A stretch of 64,000 bases of DNA from Phycisphaerae bacterium (GTDB taxonomy: Bacteria; Planctomycetota; Phycisphaerae; SM23-33). The notes beneath the pieces are model-generated. The model made no database searches, was not told the DNA's origin, and saw nothing but the letters and a program-made list of their open reading frames with translations. Below are positions 45,322 to 54,920 of the stretch, piece by piece. How positions within the stretch are numbered: the stretch's first letter is position 1; each line of letters starts with the position of its first letter. The DNA lies in assembly GCA_011050235.1 (NCBI GenBank), contig DRGC01000022.1:128827-192826 (forward strand). The letters run 5' to 3'. A program made the position numbers and the translations under genes.

Positions 45322-46775
45322 AGCTGATCTTCGATAAGTCCGTCCCCGGCCGGCAGGCCGTTCGCCCCACCTGCAGCGATATCGATACGCCCGTCGAACT
45401 CGCCCCGCATCTGCTGCGCGACCGCCCGGCGGAGCTGCCCGAGCTGAGCGAACTGGACGTGGTGCGACACTTCACGGCCCTGTCGCGTCAAAACTTCGGC
45501 GTCGATAGCGGCTTCTACCCGCTCGGGTCGTGCACAATGAAGTACAACCCGAAGATCGCCGACAAGGTCGCGCGCCTGCCGGGCTTCGCCGATCTGCACC
45601 CGCTCCTGCCGCAACTGCCCGGCGGGGCGGGCCTGGTGCGCGGGGCGCTGGCTGTGCTGCACAAGTGCGACCTGCTGCTGCGGGAGATCTGCGGCATGGC
45701 CGAGTTCACGCTCCAGCCGCTGGCCGGCGCGCACGGCGAGTTGACGGGCGTGATGATGATGGCTGCCTATCACCGCGACCGCGGCAACGACAAGCGGACC
45801 GTGCTGATCCCCGACAGCGGCCATGGCACCAACCCCGCCAGCGCCGCCATCGCCGGGTTTGCGATCAAGACGATCCCGTCCGACCAAAATGGCCTGATGA
45901 GCATGGACGCCCTGGCCGAGGCCGTCGACGACAACGTCGCCGGCGTGATGCTGACATGCCCCAACACGCTGGGGCTGTTCAACCCCCACATCCACGACAT
46001 CTGCCGAATGATCCACGACGTGGACGGCCTGATGTACTGCGACGGGGCCAATCTCAACGCCATGCTCGGGCGATGCCGCCCCGGCGATCTGGGTTTCGAC
46101 ATCGTCCACGTCAACCTCCACAAAACCTTCGCCACGCCGCACGGCGGCGGCGGGCCCGGCGCGGGGCCCGTAGGCGTGGTCGAGCGGCTGGTCGACTATC
46201 TGCCGATCTCGGTCGTCCGCATGCGGGACGACGGCAGCTACACGCTCGACTACGACCGGCCCAAGTCGGTTGGCTACACGGCCCCGTTCTACGGCAGCTT
46301 TGGCGTGATCACCCGCGCGGTCGCCTACATGCTCATGCTGGGTCGCGACGGACTCAAGGCCGTCGCCGACCACGCCACGCTGAACGCCAACTACATCCGC
46401 TGTAAGCTCCGCGACCATTACGACCTGCCGCACGATCGGATCTGCAAGCACGAGTGCGTCTTCTCCGCCTCGCGCCAGGCCGCCAACGGCGTCCGCGCCA
46501 TGGACATCGCCAAGGCCCTGATCGACCGCGGCATCCACCCGCCGACGGTTTACTTCCCTCTGACGGTCAAGGAGGCGATGATGGTCGAGCCGACCGAGAC
46601 CGAGTCCAAAGAGACGCTCGACACCTTTATCGACACCATGATCGAACTGGCCCAGCTCGCCGAGACCGACCCCCAGGCCTTCGCCGCCATGCCGGCCACC
46701 ACCCCCGTCTGCCGGCTGGACGAGGTCCGCGCCGCACGCACACCCGATCTGGCGTCGCTATCCGACCATGCGTAG
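45318..46775 (+). CDS. gcvPB: Glycine dehydrogenase (decarboxylating) subunit 2
   Basis: MKLIFDKSVPGR..., GSCTMKYNP, and the PLP-Lys region NLHKTFATPHGGGGPG. The ATGA overlaps the gcvPA stop. Confidence 0.9.
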   Translation: MKLIFDKSVPGRQAVRPTCSDIDTPVELAPHLLRDRPAELPELSELDVVRHFTALSRQNFGVDSGFYPLGSCTMKYNPKIADKVARLPGFADLHPLLPQLPGGAGLVRGALAVLHKCDLLLREICGMAEFTLQPLAGAHGELTGVMMMAAYHRDRGNDKRTVLIPDSGHGTNPASAAIAGFAIKTIPSDQNGLMSMDALAEAVDDNVAGVMLTCPNTLGLFNPHIHDICRMIHDVDGLMYCDGANLNAMLGRCRPGDLGFDIVHVNLHKTFATPHGGGGPGAGPVGVVERLVDYLPISVVRMRDDGSYTLDYDRPKSVGYTAPFYGSFGVITRAVAYMLMLGRDGLKAVADHATLNANYIRCKLRDHYDLPHDRICKHECVFSASRQAANGVRAMDIAKALIDRGIHPPTVYFPLTVKEAMMVEPTETESKETLDTFIDTMIELAQLAETDPQAFAAMPATTPVCRLDEVRAARTPDLASLSDHA

Positions 46776-48150
46776 CTATGACATCGCCATCCTCGGGGGC
46801 GGGCCCGGCGGCTACACCGCCGCCCTGCGCGCGGCCCAGCGCGGCGCGAGCGTCTGCCTGATCGAGCGCGACGCCCTGGGCGGAACGTGCCTCAACGTCG
46901 GCTGCATCCCCACCAAGGCGATGCTGCACGTCAGCGACTTGGCCTATCGCGCGGGCAACGCATCGGCGATGGGGCTTGCCGCGGGACAGATCGCCTTCGA
47001 CGCCGAGACGTTCGCCGCCCGCACAGCCAGGACCGTCACCGCCCTTCGCAAGGGTGTCGCCAGCCTGCTGAAGGCCCGCAAGGTCGACGTGATCAAAGGC
47101 GCCGGACGTCTGACCGCCCCAACGGCGATCGAAGTCGCCCTCGATAAAGGCCCGGAGACCGTCACGGCGAAATCCGTCATCATCGCCACCGGCTCGCGGC
47201 CCGCCCGGCCGGGCTTCGCGCCGTGGGATTCCGATCGCGTGATGACGACCGACGAAGCCACCACCACCGACGAACTTCCCGCGAGCATTCTGATCGTCGG
47301 CGGCGGCGTGATCGGCTGCGAGTTCGCCACGTTCTACGCCGAGCTGGGTGTCAAGACCGTCCTGGTCGAGATGCTCGACGGGCTGCTCGGGGGACTGGAC
47401 GCCGACGCCGTCAAGGTGGTCACAGCCAGCCTGACCGCTCGCGGCGTGCACATCCGCACCGACGCCACGGTGCAGACCATGTCCGCCGACACGACGGCGG
47501 TCACCACGGAGCTGTCTATCGACCAGACCGTCATCACCCACGCCGCCCTGATCGCGGTGGGCCGACAGCCAAACACGGAGGAGCTTGGCCTGGACGAGTT
47601 CGGCGCAGTAATGACCGACGGCGTCATCAGCGTTGACGACCGGTGTCGCACGAGTATCGATCATCTGTACGCCATCGGTGACGTCGCCTGCGCCAAGCAG
47701 TACGCCCACGTCGCCAGCCGCATGGGCATTGTCGCCGCCGACGCCGCCACGGGCCACGACACCACCGACGATCTGTCCGTCGTGCCCGAGTGCGTCTACA
47801 CGCACCCGGAGGTCGCCTTCGTCGGGATGAGCGAACTCGAGGCCAGCGACGAGTTCGACGACGTGAAGGTCGCCCGCTTTCCGCTGCAGGCGAGCGGCAT
47901 GGCCCAGGCCTACGGCGAGACGGACGGCCTGGTCAAGCTCATCGCCCGCCAGAGCAACGGCCGGGTCCTCGGCGCGCTGGTGATCGGCCCCCACGCCACC
48001 GACACGATCCACGAAGTCGCCGTCGCGATGCGACACGCCCTGACCGTCGGGCAGCTCGCCGAGACCATCCACGCCCACCCGACCTTCGCCGAGACGATCC
48101 ACGAAGCCGCCGAGGCCTGGACGGGCCTGCCCATCCACATGCTGCGATGA
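46768..48150 (+). CDS. lpdA: Dihydrolipoyl dehydrogenase (E3 / L protein)
   Basis: FAD motif ILGGGPGGYTAALRAAQ, redox-active disulfide GGTCLNVGCIPTK, and C-terminal HAHPTFAE. Confidence 0.9.
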   Translation: MRSYDIAILGGGPGGYTAALRAAQRGASVCLIERDALGGTCLNVGCIPTKAMLHVSDLAYRAGNASAMGLAAGQIAFDAETFAARTARTVTALRKGVASLLKARKVDVIKGAGRLTAPTAIEVALDKGPETVTAKSVIIATGSRPARPGFAPWDSDRVMTTDEATTTDELPASILIVGGGVIGCEFATFYAELGVKTVLVEMLDGLLGGLDADAVKVVTASLTARGVHIRTDATVQTMSADTTAVTTELSIDQTVITHAALIAVGRQPNTEELGLDEFGAVMTDGVISVDDRCRTSIDHLYAIGDVACAKQYAHVASRMGIVAADAATGHDTTDDLSVVPECVYTHPEVAFVGMSELEASDEFDDVKVARFPLQASGMAQAYGETDGLVKLIARQSNGRVLGALVIGPHATDTIHEVAVAMRHALTVGQLAETIHAHPTFAETIHEAAEAWTGLPIHMLR

Positions 48151-48824
48151 CGACGCTGATCCGCATCGACCTGCCGACGTGCGACTATGATTCCGCCCTG
48201 CGCCTGCAGCGCCGGCTGGTCGCACGCGTCGCGGCCGACGACACGGCTGCGTATCTGATCCTCACCGAGCACGACCCGCCGGTGATCACGCTCGGGCGCC
48301 GCGGTAGCTCGAGCGATATCCTTGCATCCCCGCAGCAACTGGCCGACAGCGGAACCGAGGTCCGCCGATCGGGCCGCGGCGGGCTGGCGACCTGGCACGG
48401 GCCGGGCCAACTGGTGGCGTATCCCGTCCTGCGGCTGGACCGCGGGCGCCGGAGCGTTCACGGACACGTGCGCAATCTGGAGGAAGCCGTCCTGCAAACA
48501 CTCGCACGCTTCGATCTGGCCGGGCGGCGACGAGATGGCGAGGCCGGCGTCTGGGCCGGTGATGCCAAGATCGCCTCAGTCGGCGTGGCCGTTCAGCGCT
48601 GGGTGAGCTTTCACGGCGTCGCGCTGAACGTGTGCAATGATCTGTCTGCGTTCGAGATGATCGTCCCCTGCGGCCGACCCGGCGGGGCCGTGACCAGCAT
48701 GACCGAGATGCTCGGGCGCGAGGTGTCCGTCGAGGATGTCGCGGACAGCTTTGCCGAAGCGTTCGCCGATATCTGCGGGTTCGACGAAGGGCCAACCCTG
48801 GCCGATGGGGAGATGGACGCATGA
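48147..48824 (+). CDS. lipB: Octanoyltransferase LipB
   Basis: RGGLATWHGPGQLVAYPVL...GVALNV...PCG. The ATGA overlaps the lpd stop. Confidence 0.85.
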   Translation: MTTLIRIDLPTCDYDSALRLQRRLVARVAADDTAAYLILTEHDPPVITLGRRGSSSDILASPQQLADSGTEVRRSGRGGLATWHGPGQLVAYPVLRLDRGRRSVHGHVRNLEEAVLQTLARFDLAGRRRDGEAGVWAGDAKIASVGVAVQRWVSFHGVALNVCNDLSAFEMIVPCGRPGGAVTSMTEMLGREVSVEDVADSFAEAFADICGFDEGPTLADGEMDA

Positions 48825-49714
48825 CGGCTGCCGCTCCAAAGCGGCGTCGCTTGCCGGCGTGGCTTGGCAGGACCATCCCCGCCGGGCCCCGGTCGGCGGC
48901 CGTGCGAAAGGTGCTGGAGACGCTCGATCTGGCCACCGTCTGCCGCAGCGCCAAGTGCCCCAACCGCGCCGAATGCTTCGCGGCGGGGACGGCCACCTTC
49001 ATGATCCTGGGCGATGCATGCACGCGCGACTGTGCGTTTTGCGGCATCGCGTCGGCCCCGCCCCAGCCGTTGCGCGCGAACGAGCCGGACGCCGTCGCCG
49101 CCGCGGCCGAGCAGTTGGCCCTCGCCCACGTTGTGATCACGTCGGTAACGAGGGACGACCTGCCGGACGGCGGCGCAGGCCATTTTGCGCGGACCATCCG
49201 TGCGGTGCGGGGGCGCACGCCCTCGGCCGCCATCGAGGTGCTGACACCCGATTTCGGCGGCGACGGCGAGGCCGTCGAGACGGTCCTATCGGCCGGCTGC
49301 GACGTGTTCAACCACAACGTCGAGACCGCACCGCGCCTCTACGATCGGGTCCGGCCTCAGGCGAACTATCAGCGGTCGCTGGCGGTTCTCGCCCGCGCCG
49401 ACACATGGCGCAGGCAGCGCCCGCCCGGCCGGCGGCCGATCACCAAGAGCGGGCTGATGCTGGGTCTGGGCGAGCGCGACGATGAGATCGAACAGGTCCT
49501 GCAAGATCTTCGCGGCGCCCGCTGCGATGTCGTCACGATGGGCCAATACCTTCGGCCGAGCGATGCCAACGTGCCGGTGGCGCGGTTCGTCCGGCCGGAG
49601 CGTTTCGCCGCGTGGCGCGAGACCGCTCTGGCGATGGGCTTTTCGGCCGTGGCGGCCGGGCCGTTCGTTCGCAGCAGTTACCGAGCGGGAACCCTCGCCG
49701 GCAGCGCCGGCTGA
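48821..49714 (+). CDS. lipA: Lipoyl synthase LipA (radical SAM)
   Basis: Two Cys clusters, CPNRAECF and CTRDCAFC, which is the CxxxCxxC radical-SAM motif. Confidence 0.9.
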   Translation: MTAAAPKRRRLPAWLGRTIPAGPRSAAVRKVLETLDLATVCRSAKCPNRAECFAAGTATFMILGDACTRDCAFCGIASAPPQPLRANEPDAVAAAAEQLALAHVVITSVTRDDLPDGGAGHFARTIRAVRGRTPSAAIEVLTPDFGGDGEAVETVLSAGCDVFNHNVETAPRLYDRVRPQANYQRSLAVLARADTWRRQRPPGRRPITKSGLMLGLGERDDEIEQVLQDLRGARCDVVTMGQYLRPSDANVPVARFVRPERFAAWRETALAMGFSAVAAGPFVRSSYRAGTLAGSAG

Positions 49715-49789
49715 GTCGCCGGATTCGCCGTTTTCTTGCGGGGCGGACCAGCTATAGTAGCCGCCTGAGAGGCCGCAACAGACGCCGCC

Positions 49790-50377
49790 ATGACAATCGC
49801 CAGACTTCTCGCAATCGCCGTCGCGCTGGGCATGGACGCAATGAGTGTATGCATGGCCGTCGGCGTGCGCTGGCACGGATGGCGTCAGAAGCTCCGCCTG
49901 GCCGTCAGCATGGGCGTGTGTCAGTTCGCCATGCCGCTTCTGGGATGGGTGATCGGCAGCAACCTGGCGGGGGTGTTGTGCGCGTGGGGGCGGTACATCG
50001 CGGGCGCGTGCGTGGTGGGCGTCGGCGTCAAGATGCTGCTGGAGGCGTGGCGTTCACATCCCGGGGCCGCCGCCCAGGCGATCGAGCACCACGTCGAGCG
50101 TGACCTGCACCTTCGGACGACCGACCCCACGAAGGGTTGGCCGCTGGCGCTGCTGGCGATCGCGACCAGTATCGACGCGCTGGTGGTGGGTTTCTCGATG
50201 GGCCTGAAGCAGACGAATATTTGGCATGCCAGCATGGTCATCGGCGTGGTGGCGGCGGTGATGGCCCTGGCGGGGGTGACGATCGGGCGACGGGTGGGCC
50301 AGGCGCTGGGTCGGCCGGCGGAGTTTCTGGGCGGGGCGGTGCTGGTCGCTCTGGGGGCGAGCTTCTTCTGGATGTAA
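49790..50377 (+). CDS. mntP: Manganese efflux pump MntP (DUF204 family)
   Basis: 195 aa with six TM helices and the duplicated LGMDA/SIDALVVGFS motifs characteristic of MntP. Confidence 0.8.
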   Translation: MTIARLLAIAVALGMDAMSVCMAVGVRWHGWRQKLRLAVSMGVCQFAMPLLGWVIGSNLAGVLCAWGRYIAGACVVGVGVKMLLEAWRSHPGAAAQAIEHHVERDLHLRTTDPTKGWPLALLAIATSIDALVVGFSMGLKQTNIWHASMVIGVVAAVMALAGVTIGRRVGQALGRPAEFLGGAVLVALGASFFWM

Positions 50378-50412
50378 GACCGGCGGCGCGGGCGGCGGAG
50401 CGGAGAAGCGTT

Positions 50413-51051
50413 CTAAAAGTCCCCCAGCTTCGCCGTCGCTTTTGTTTCGATGGCGAGCAGGATTCGCTCGGCCAATTCCCGGTCCTCACCGAGCAGGACC
50501 ATGCTTCCCCCCTCATCCTCCTCCTCTCGATCGCCGCTGGTCCCTGAAGCCCGACCGAATGAGCCCTGATCGCCGGCCGTCCCGGTCGTGCGGGCCTCGA
50601 TCTGATCGGATCGCACACGCTGGATCCGGACGGCGGAGACATAGTCCGTGCCATCACTCCCCACGCGAGAAATCTGCACGTTGGCGATCAGGTAGACCTT
50701 CTGCAGCGACGCCTCCGCCACGTCGTAGGCCGAGGTGGCGTCGCGGCGCCAAAACTCAAAGAATTGCCTGGCCACCATCGGCTCGGTCCGGATCAGGCCT
50801 CGTCGGCGGTCCTGCAAGTCGATCTTGAACTGGTACCGGCGCAGCACCTCCAGGCCGGCCTGCCAGTGGGCCTCGAAGTGTCGCTGGGCCTCGGTGACCG
50901 GCTCGGTCGTGAGCACCGGTTTGGTGTACAGCACGGGCCCGCAGCCGACAAACGCCGCCGCCAGACAGATCGCGCCACTATGCCAATACCGTCTCATTGT
51001 TCGTACTCGTCGATTCCGCGCTGTCGAGCCCGGCCCAGTATTATATCTCAC
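50413..51051 (-). CDS. Hypothetical lipoprotein
   Basis: Signal peptide with lipobox AAFVGCGP; the C-terminus has an acidic tail. The start is either 51051 (GTG) or 50997 (ATG). Confidence 0.45.
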   Translation of the reverse strand: MRYNTGPGSTARNRRVRTMRRYWHSGAICLAAAFVGCGPVLYTKPVLTTEPVTEAQRHFEAHWQAGLEVLRRYQFKIDLQDRRRGLIRTEPMVARQFFEFWRRDATSAYDVAEASLQKVYLIANVQISRVGSDGTDYVSAVRIQRVRSDQIEARTTGTAGDQGSFGRASGTSGDREEEDEGGSMVLLGEDRELAERILLAIETKATAKLGDF

Positions 51052-51165
51052 CGCAACGCCGGCTGCGCATGCTGATTCCGCCGGAACGATCCGCTACAAT
51101 CGCCGACGACCGCCGCCCTCGCCGGGGCGATTGTCCCAACGCCGCTAAGCCAGAGGGCCCTTGCC

Positions 51166-51768
51166 GTGATGCACATTCGATTCGGCGTCTTCAAGGGGCG
51201 AAAGTTGCTCTCGCCGCCCAAGGCCGCCCAGACCCGGCCGATCACCGGACTGGCGAGCAAGTCGCTATTCAGCATGCTGCGCGGGCGGCTGGCCGAGGCG
51301 ACGGTGGCCGACCTGTATTGTGGGACAGGCACACTGGGGCTGGAGGCGCTGTCCAACGGGGCGGCGCGATGCATCTTCGCCGAGCGCGACCGCGCCGTGC
51401 TGACGCGCCTCCGCCACAACATCGCGACGCTCGGCGTCGAGGATCGCTGCACCGTCTGGCCTGGCGACGTGCGGAGAGGGCTGGCCGGCAGGCTGGCGGC
51501 GGTTGAGGGGGCGCTGGACGTGGTCTTCGTCGACCCCCCCTATGCGCACAGCCGCCGGTGGGATTGGCCGGTCCTGGCGAGGGAGCTGTTCGCCCCGCTG
51601 GCCGGGGCCCTGGCCGACGACGGCCTGGTGGTCCTGCGGACGGACACGCACGGCGAGCTGCCCGAGGATTTGGCCGGCCTGACCTGCTGCCGGCGGCGCG
51701 AGTTCGGCAACATGCTGCTGAGCTTCTGGGCCCGCCCCCAGCAACCGGAGGCGAGCGAAACGCCATGA
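51166..51768 (+). CDS. rsmD: 16S rRNA (guanine966-N2)-methyltransferase RsmD
   Basis: DLYCGTGTLGLEALSNGA and VFVDPPY. Confidence 0.85.
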   Translation: MMHIRFGVFKGRKLLSPPKAAQTRPITGLASKSLFSMLRGRLAEATVADLYCGTGTLGLEALSNGAARCIFAERDRAVLTRLRHNIATLGVEDRCTVWPGDVRRGLAGRLAAVEGALDVVFVDPPYAHSRRWDWPVLARELFAPLAGALADDGLVVLRTDTHGELPEDLAGLTCCRRREFGNMLLSFWARPQQPEASETP

Positions 51769-52667
51769 CGCACACCCCGTACCTCTATTTCGAGCCCGAC
51801 AAGGTCGCCCGCCTGCAGAACCTCAACCTGCTGGCGCGGCAGATGGTCGAGGGGTTCATCACCGGCCTGCATCGAAGCCGTCACCGCGGGTTCTCCGTCG
51901 AGTTCGCCGACCATCGGGCCTACACCCCCGGCGACGATCTGCGACACCTCGACTGGGTCTCCTGGGCGCGCACCGACCGGTACGTCATCAAGCAGTACGA
52001 ACAGCAGACCAACCTCAGCGCGCACATCCTGCTGGACGTCAGCCGCTCGATGGACTACCAACACGACGGCTCGGCGAGCAAGGCCGACTACGGGCGACTC
52101 CTGGCGGCGTGTCTGTGCTACCTGATGGCCCGCCAGCAGGACCTCGTCAGTCTGGTCGCGTTCGATCGGGAGGTGAAGTTCCGCACCGGGCTCGGTTCGA
52201 CGCCCGCCCATCTGGACCACATCTTCCGCCGGCTGGAGGCGCTTCGCCCGGGCGGGCAGACGGCCCTGGCGACGACCTGCCACGATCTCGCCCGGTCGAT
52301 CGCCAAGCGCGGGCTGATCGTGGTGATCTCCGACCTGTACGACGACCCCGCCGAGGTCATGGCCGCACTGCAGCACTTCGTGTTCAAGAAGCACCAGATC
52401 ATCGTCTTTCACGTGCTGGACCCGGCCGAGCTGAGCTTCCCATTCCGCCAGATGACGTCGTTCGTCGATCTGGAGACGCGCCGGCAGATTCAGGTGGACC
52501 CGCGGACGGTCAAGGACGCCTACCGCCAGGCCGTCGACGCGTTCATCGCCCGCTACCGCCGCGAGTGTTCCGACCGGCGGATCGAGTACGTGCTTGCGAC
52601 GACCGATACGCCCTACGACCGGATGCTGCTGAGCTACCTGAGCCGCCGAAAGGTCCTGCGACGATGA
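51765..52667 (+). CDS. DUF58 domain protein (MoxR/Bat-system vWA-like protein)
   Basis: HRSRHRGFSVEFADHRAYTPGDDLRHLDWVSWARTDRYVIKQYEQ is the canonical DUF58 core. The ATGA overlaps the rsmD stop. The track ORF over-extends to 51558. Confidence 0.75.
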   Translation: MTHTPYLYFEPDKVARLQNLNLLARQMVEGFITGLHRSRHRGFSVEFADHRAYTPGDDLRHLDWVSWARTDRYVIKQYEQQTNLSAHILLDVSRSMDYQHDGSASKADYGRLLAACLCYLMARQQDLVSLVAFDREVKFRTGLGSTPAHLDHIFRRLEALRPGGQTALATTCHDLARSIAKRGLIVVISDLYDDPAEVMAALQHFVFKKHQIIVFHVLDPAELSFPFRQMTSFVDLETRRQIQVDPRTVKDAYRQAVDAFIARYRRECSDRRIEYVLATTDTPYDRMLLSYLSRRKVLRR

Positions 52668-54910
52668 ATCCGGCAGCGGGTGATCTTCTGGCGCTGACGT
52701 TCGCAGCCCCGGCGATGCTGATCGGTCTGTTGGCTGCGGCGATTCCGGTGGTCCTGCACCTGCTGGCCAGTGTCCGCGCGCCGCAGGCGGCGTTTCCGAC
52801 GCTGCGGTTCCTGCAGACGGCGATGGAGCAAACGGCACGGCGGCGGCGCGTGCAGCATTGGCTTCTGCTGATCCTGCGGTCGCTGATGCTGGGGCTGTTG
52901 GCCCTGGCGGTGGCCGAGCCGATCAGCCAGGCCGTCGGCGGATGGGGCCGGGAGCATACGATCGCGATCGTGCTGGACAACAGCGCCTCGATGGCCGTTC
53001 AGACAGGCGGGACCAGCCGCTTCAGCCGGGCGCAGGCCCAGATCGCCAACCTGCTGGCCGGCGACGACAAGCCGACGCGCGTGGCGCTGCTGGCGACGAA
53101 CGGCCCGGCCGACCGAATCGGCCTGACGAACGACCTGGGGGCGGTGCGGGCCGAGCTGAACCGGATCACGGTTGTTCCCGCCCGTGCGCCGCTGGCCGAG
53201 CGGGTCCGCGAGGCGCTGTTGATGCTGCGCCAGGGGAGCGGGCGAAAGACGCTGTGCGTGCTGAGCGATCTGCAGCGGGTGAGCTTCGAGGATCTGCTCG
53301 CTCTGACGGCCCTGGGCGAAGCCGAGGATGTGTCGGTCGCCGTGGTGGATACGAGTGAGGGGCCGGTCCGAAACGTCGGCATCACCGACCTGACGGTGGC
53401 CGGGCCCGGCATCGTCGGCGGGGCGCTGCGCTGGACAGCTGAGCTGACAAATGCGTCGGCAACGGAGCAGGTTGTCCGCGCCCGCCTGGTTATCGAAGAC
53501 GTGCCGACCGGCCAGCCAGCGGTCCGGTCTCTCCGGCCCGCCGGCCAGAACGGCGACACGGCGACCGTGACGTTCACGTATCGGCCAGCGCAGCCGGGGA
53601 CGCTCGTCGGCGCTGTGGCGCTGGATGGGAGCGATGATCTGTCCGTCGACGATCGGCGACACGCGTGCGTGGATGTGGGCGAAGGCGTTCGGATCGCGGT
53701 CGTGCGCCCGGTGGCTGAGGGGGCAGGGCCGAAATGGCTTGAGCCGGCCGCGATGCTGCTGGCGGCGCTGGACCCCTTCGATCCTCCCGAGGCCGGACCC
53801 ATCACGCCCAAAGCGGTCGCCGCGGCGACATTCGACGCGGGCGATTGGGCGGGGGCCGGTGCGGTGTTCTTCTGCCAGGCGCCGCAGTTCACGCCCGCCC
53901 AGAGCCAAGCCGTAGCCGAGTTCGCCAGCGGTGGCGGGGTGGTGGTCTTTTTCCTGGGGCCCGGCATCTCAGCGGCCAACTACAACGAGCGTTTCATCGA
54001 CGAGATCTCCGCCGATGGTGGGCTGCTGCCGGCGAGGATCGGCCCGGCGGTCGGACAGGTCGGGCCTAACGCCCCCGCCGCAAGCAGCTCGTGGATCGAT
54101 GTGCAGCACGCCTACTTCGCCGGCCTCTATGACGCAACGACGCCTGTCCCGCCCGTTCGGGTCCAGCGGTACTACCGTCTGAGGCTGCAGCCGACGGGCG
54201 GGCGGATGCTGATCCAACTGGAAAACGGCGATCCGCTCCTGGTGATCAAGCCGTTCGGCGACGGCCGGGTGATCGTCTGCGCGGTCCCGGCCAGCCCGTC
54301 CTGGAGCAACCTGCCGACGTGGTCGGCGTTTCTGCCGATGGTGACGCGAATGAGTCTCCTGGCCGGCGCGGCGGCCCAGCGCGACCGCACGGTCGCCGTC
54401 GGCGCGGCGGTTTCGATTCGGCCGGACCTAAGCGGCCCGGGCGAAGCGTCGGCCGTTCGCATTTTTCCGCCCGGCGCTGAGGGCGACGAGGCGATCGATC
54501 TGCCGCTGACGGCGAGTGTGCGCGGGCCGACGGCGACATTCGAGCGGACATTTCGGGCGGGCGTCTATCGTTGGCGCGTGGCCGGCCCGCCGCGCGAGAG
54601 GCCCTGGCCGACGGGGGCGTTCGCGGTGGTTCCCGCCGGCAGCGAGAGCGACCTGTCGGCCTTTGGCCGCGATGAGCTGCGCGCACACCTGGCCGATCGC
54701 GAGGGGGGCGCAGCCGTTGGGCCGTCCCTGGCGGCGGCGCTGGGGGAGTTGGCCGCCCGGTCGCAGGAGCACCGGTGGTGGGACGTCGTCGTCGTTGTGG
54801 TGGCGGTGGCGCTGCTGGTGGAGGCGCTGGTGGCGAATCGATCGCGGCGGCCTGCCGGGACGGCTGGGGCGCGTCGGCAGAGGGATGCATTCCGGCCCGC
54901 CGGTGGGTAG
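52664..54910 (+). CDS. BatA-like membrane protein (aerotolerance-regulator N-terminal domain, vWA domain, C-terminal TM anchor)
   Basis: BatA_N signature PAMLIGLLAAAIPVVLHLL....RFLQ, followed by a second TM, a vWA MIDAS-like IVLDNSASM, and a C-terminal TM WWDVVVVVVAVALLVEAL. The ATGA overlaps the DUF58 stop. Confidence 0.65.
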   Translation: MNPAAGDLLALTFAAPAMLIGLLAAAIPVVLHLLASVRAPQAAFPTLRFLQTAMEQTARRRRVQHWLLLILRSLMLGLLALAVAEPISQAVGGWGREHTIAIVLDNSASMAVQTGGTSRFSRAQAQIANLLAGDDKPTRVALLATNGPADRIGLTNDLGAVRAELNRITVVPARAPLAERVREALLMLRQGSGRKTLCVLSDLQRVSFEDLLALTALGEAEDVSVAVVDTSEGPVRNVGITDLTVAGPGIVGGALRWTAELTNASATEQVVRARLVIEDVPTGQPAVRSLRPAGQNGDTATVTFTYRPAQPGTLVGAVALDGSDDLSVDDRRHACVDVGEGVRIAVVRPVAEGAGPKWLEPAAMLLAALDPFDPPEAGPITPKAVAAATFDAGDWAGAGAVFFCQAPQFTPAQSQAVAEFASGGGVVVFFLGPGISAANYNERFIDEISADGGLLPARIGPAVGQVGPNAPAASSSWIDVQHAYFAGLYDATTPVPPVRVQRYYRLRLQPTGGRMLIQLENGDPLLVIKPFGDGRVIVCAVPASPSWSNLPTWSAFLPMVTRMSLLAGAAAQRDRTVAVGAAVSIRPDLSGPGEASAVRIFPPGAEGDEAIDLPLTASVRGPTATFERTFRAGVYRWRVAGPPRERPWPTGAFAVVPAGSESDLSAFGRDELRAHLADREGGAAVGPSLAAALGELAARSQEHRWWDVVVVVVAVALLVEALVANRSRRPAGTAGARRQRDAFRPAGG

Positions 54911-54920
54911 AATCTCACCC

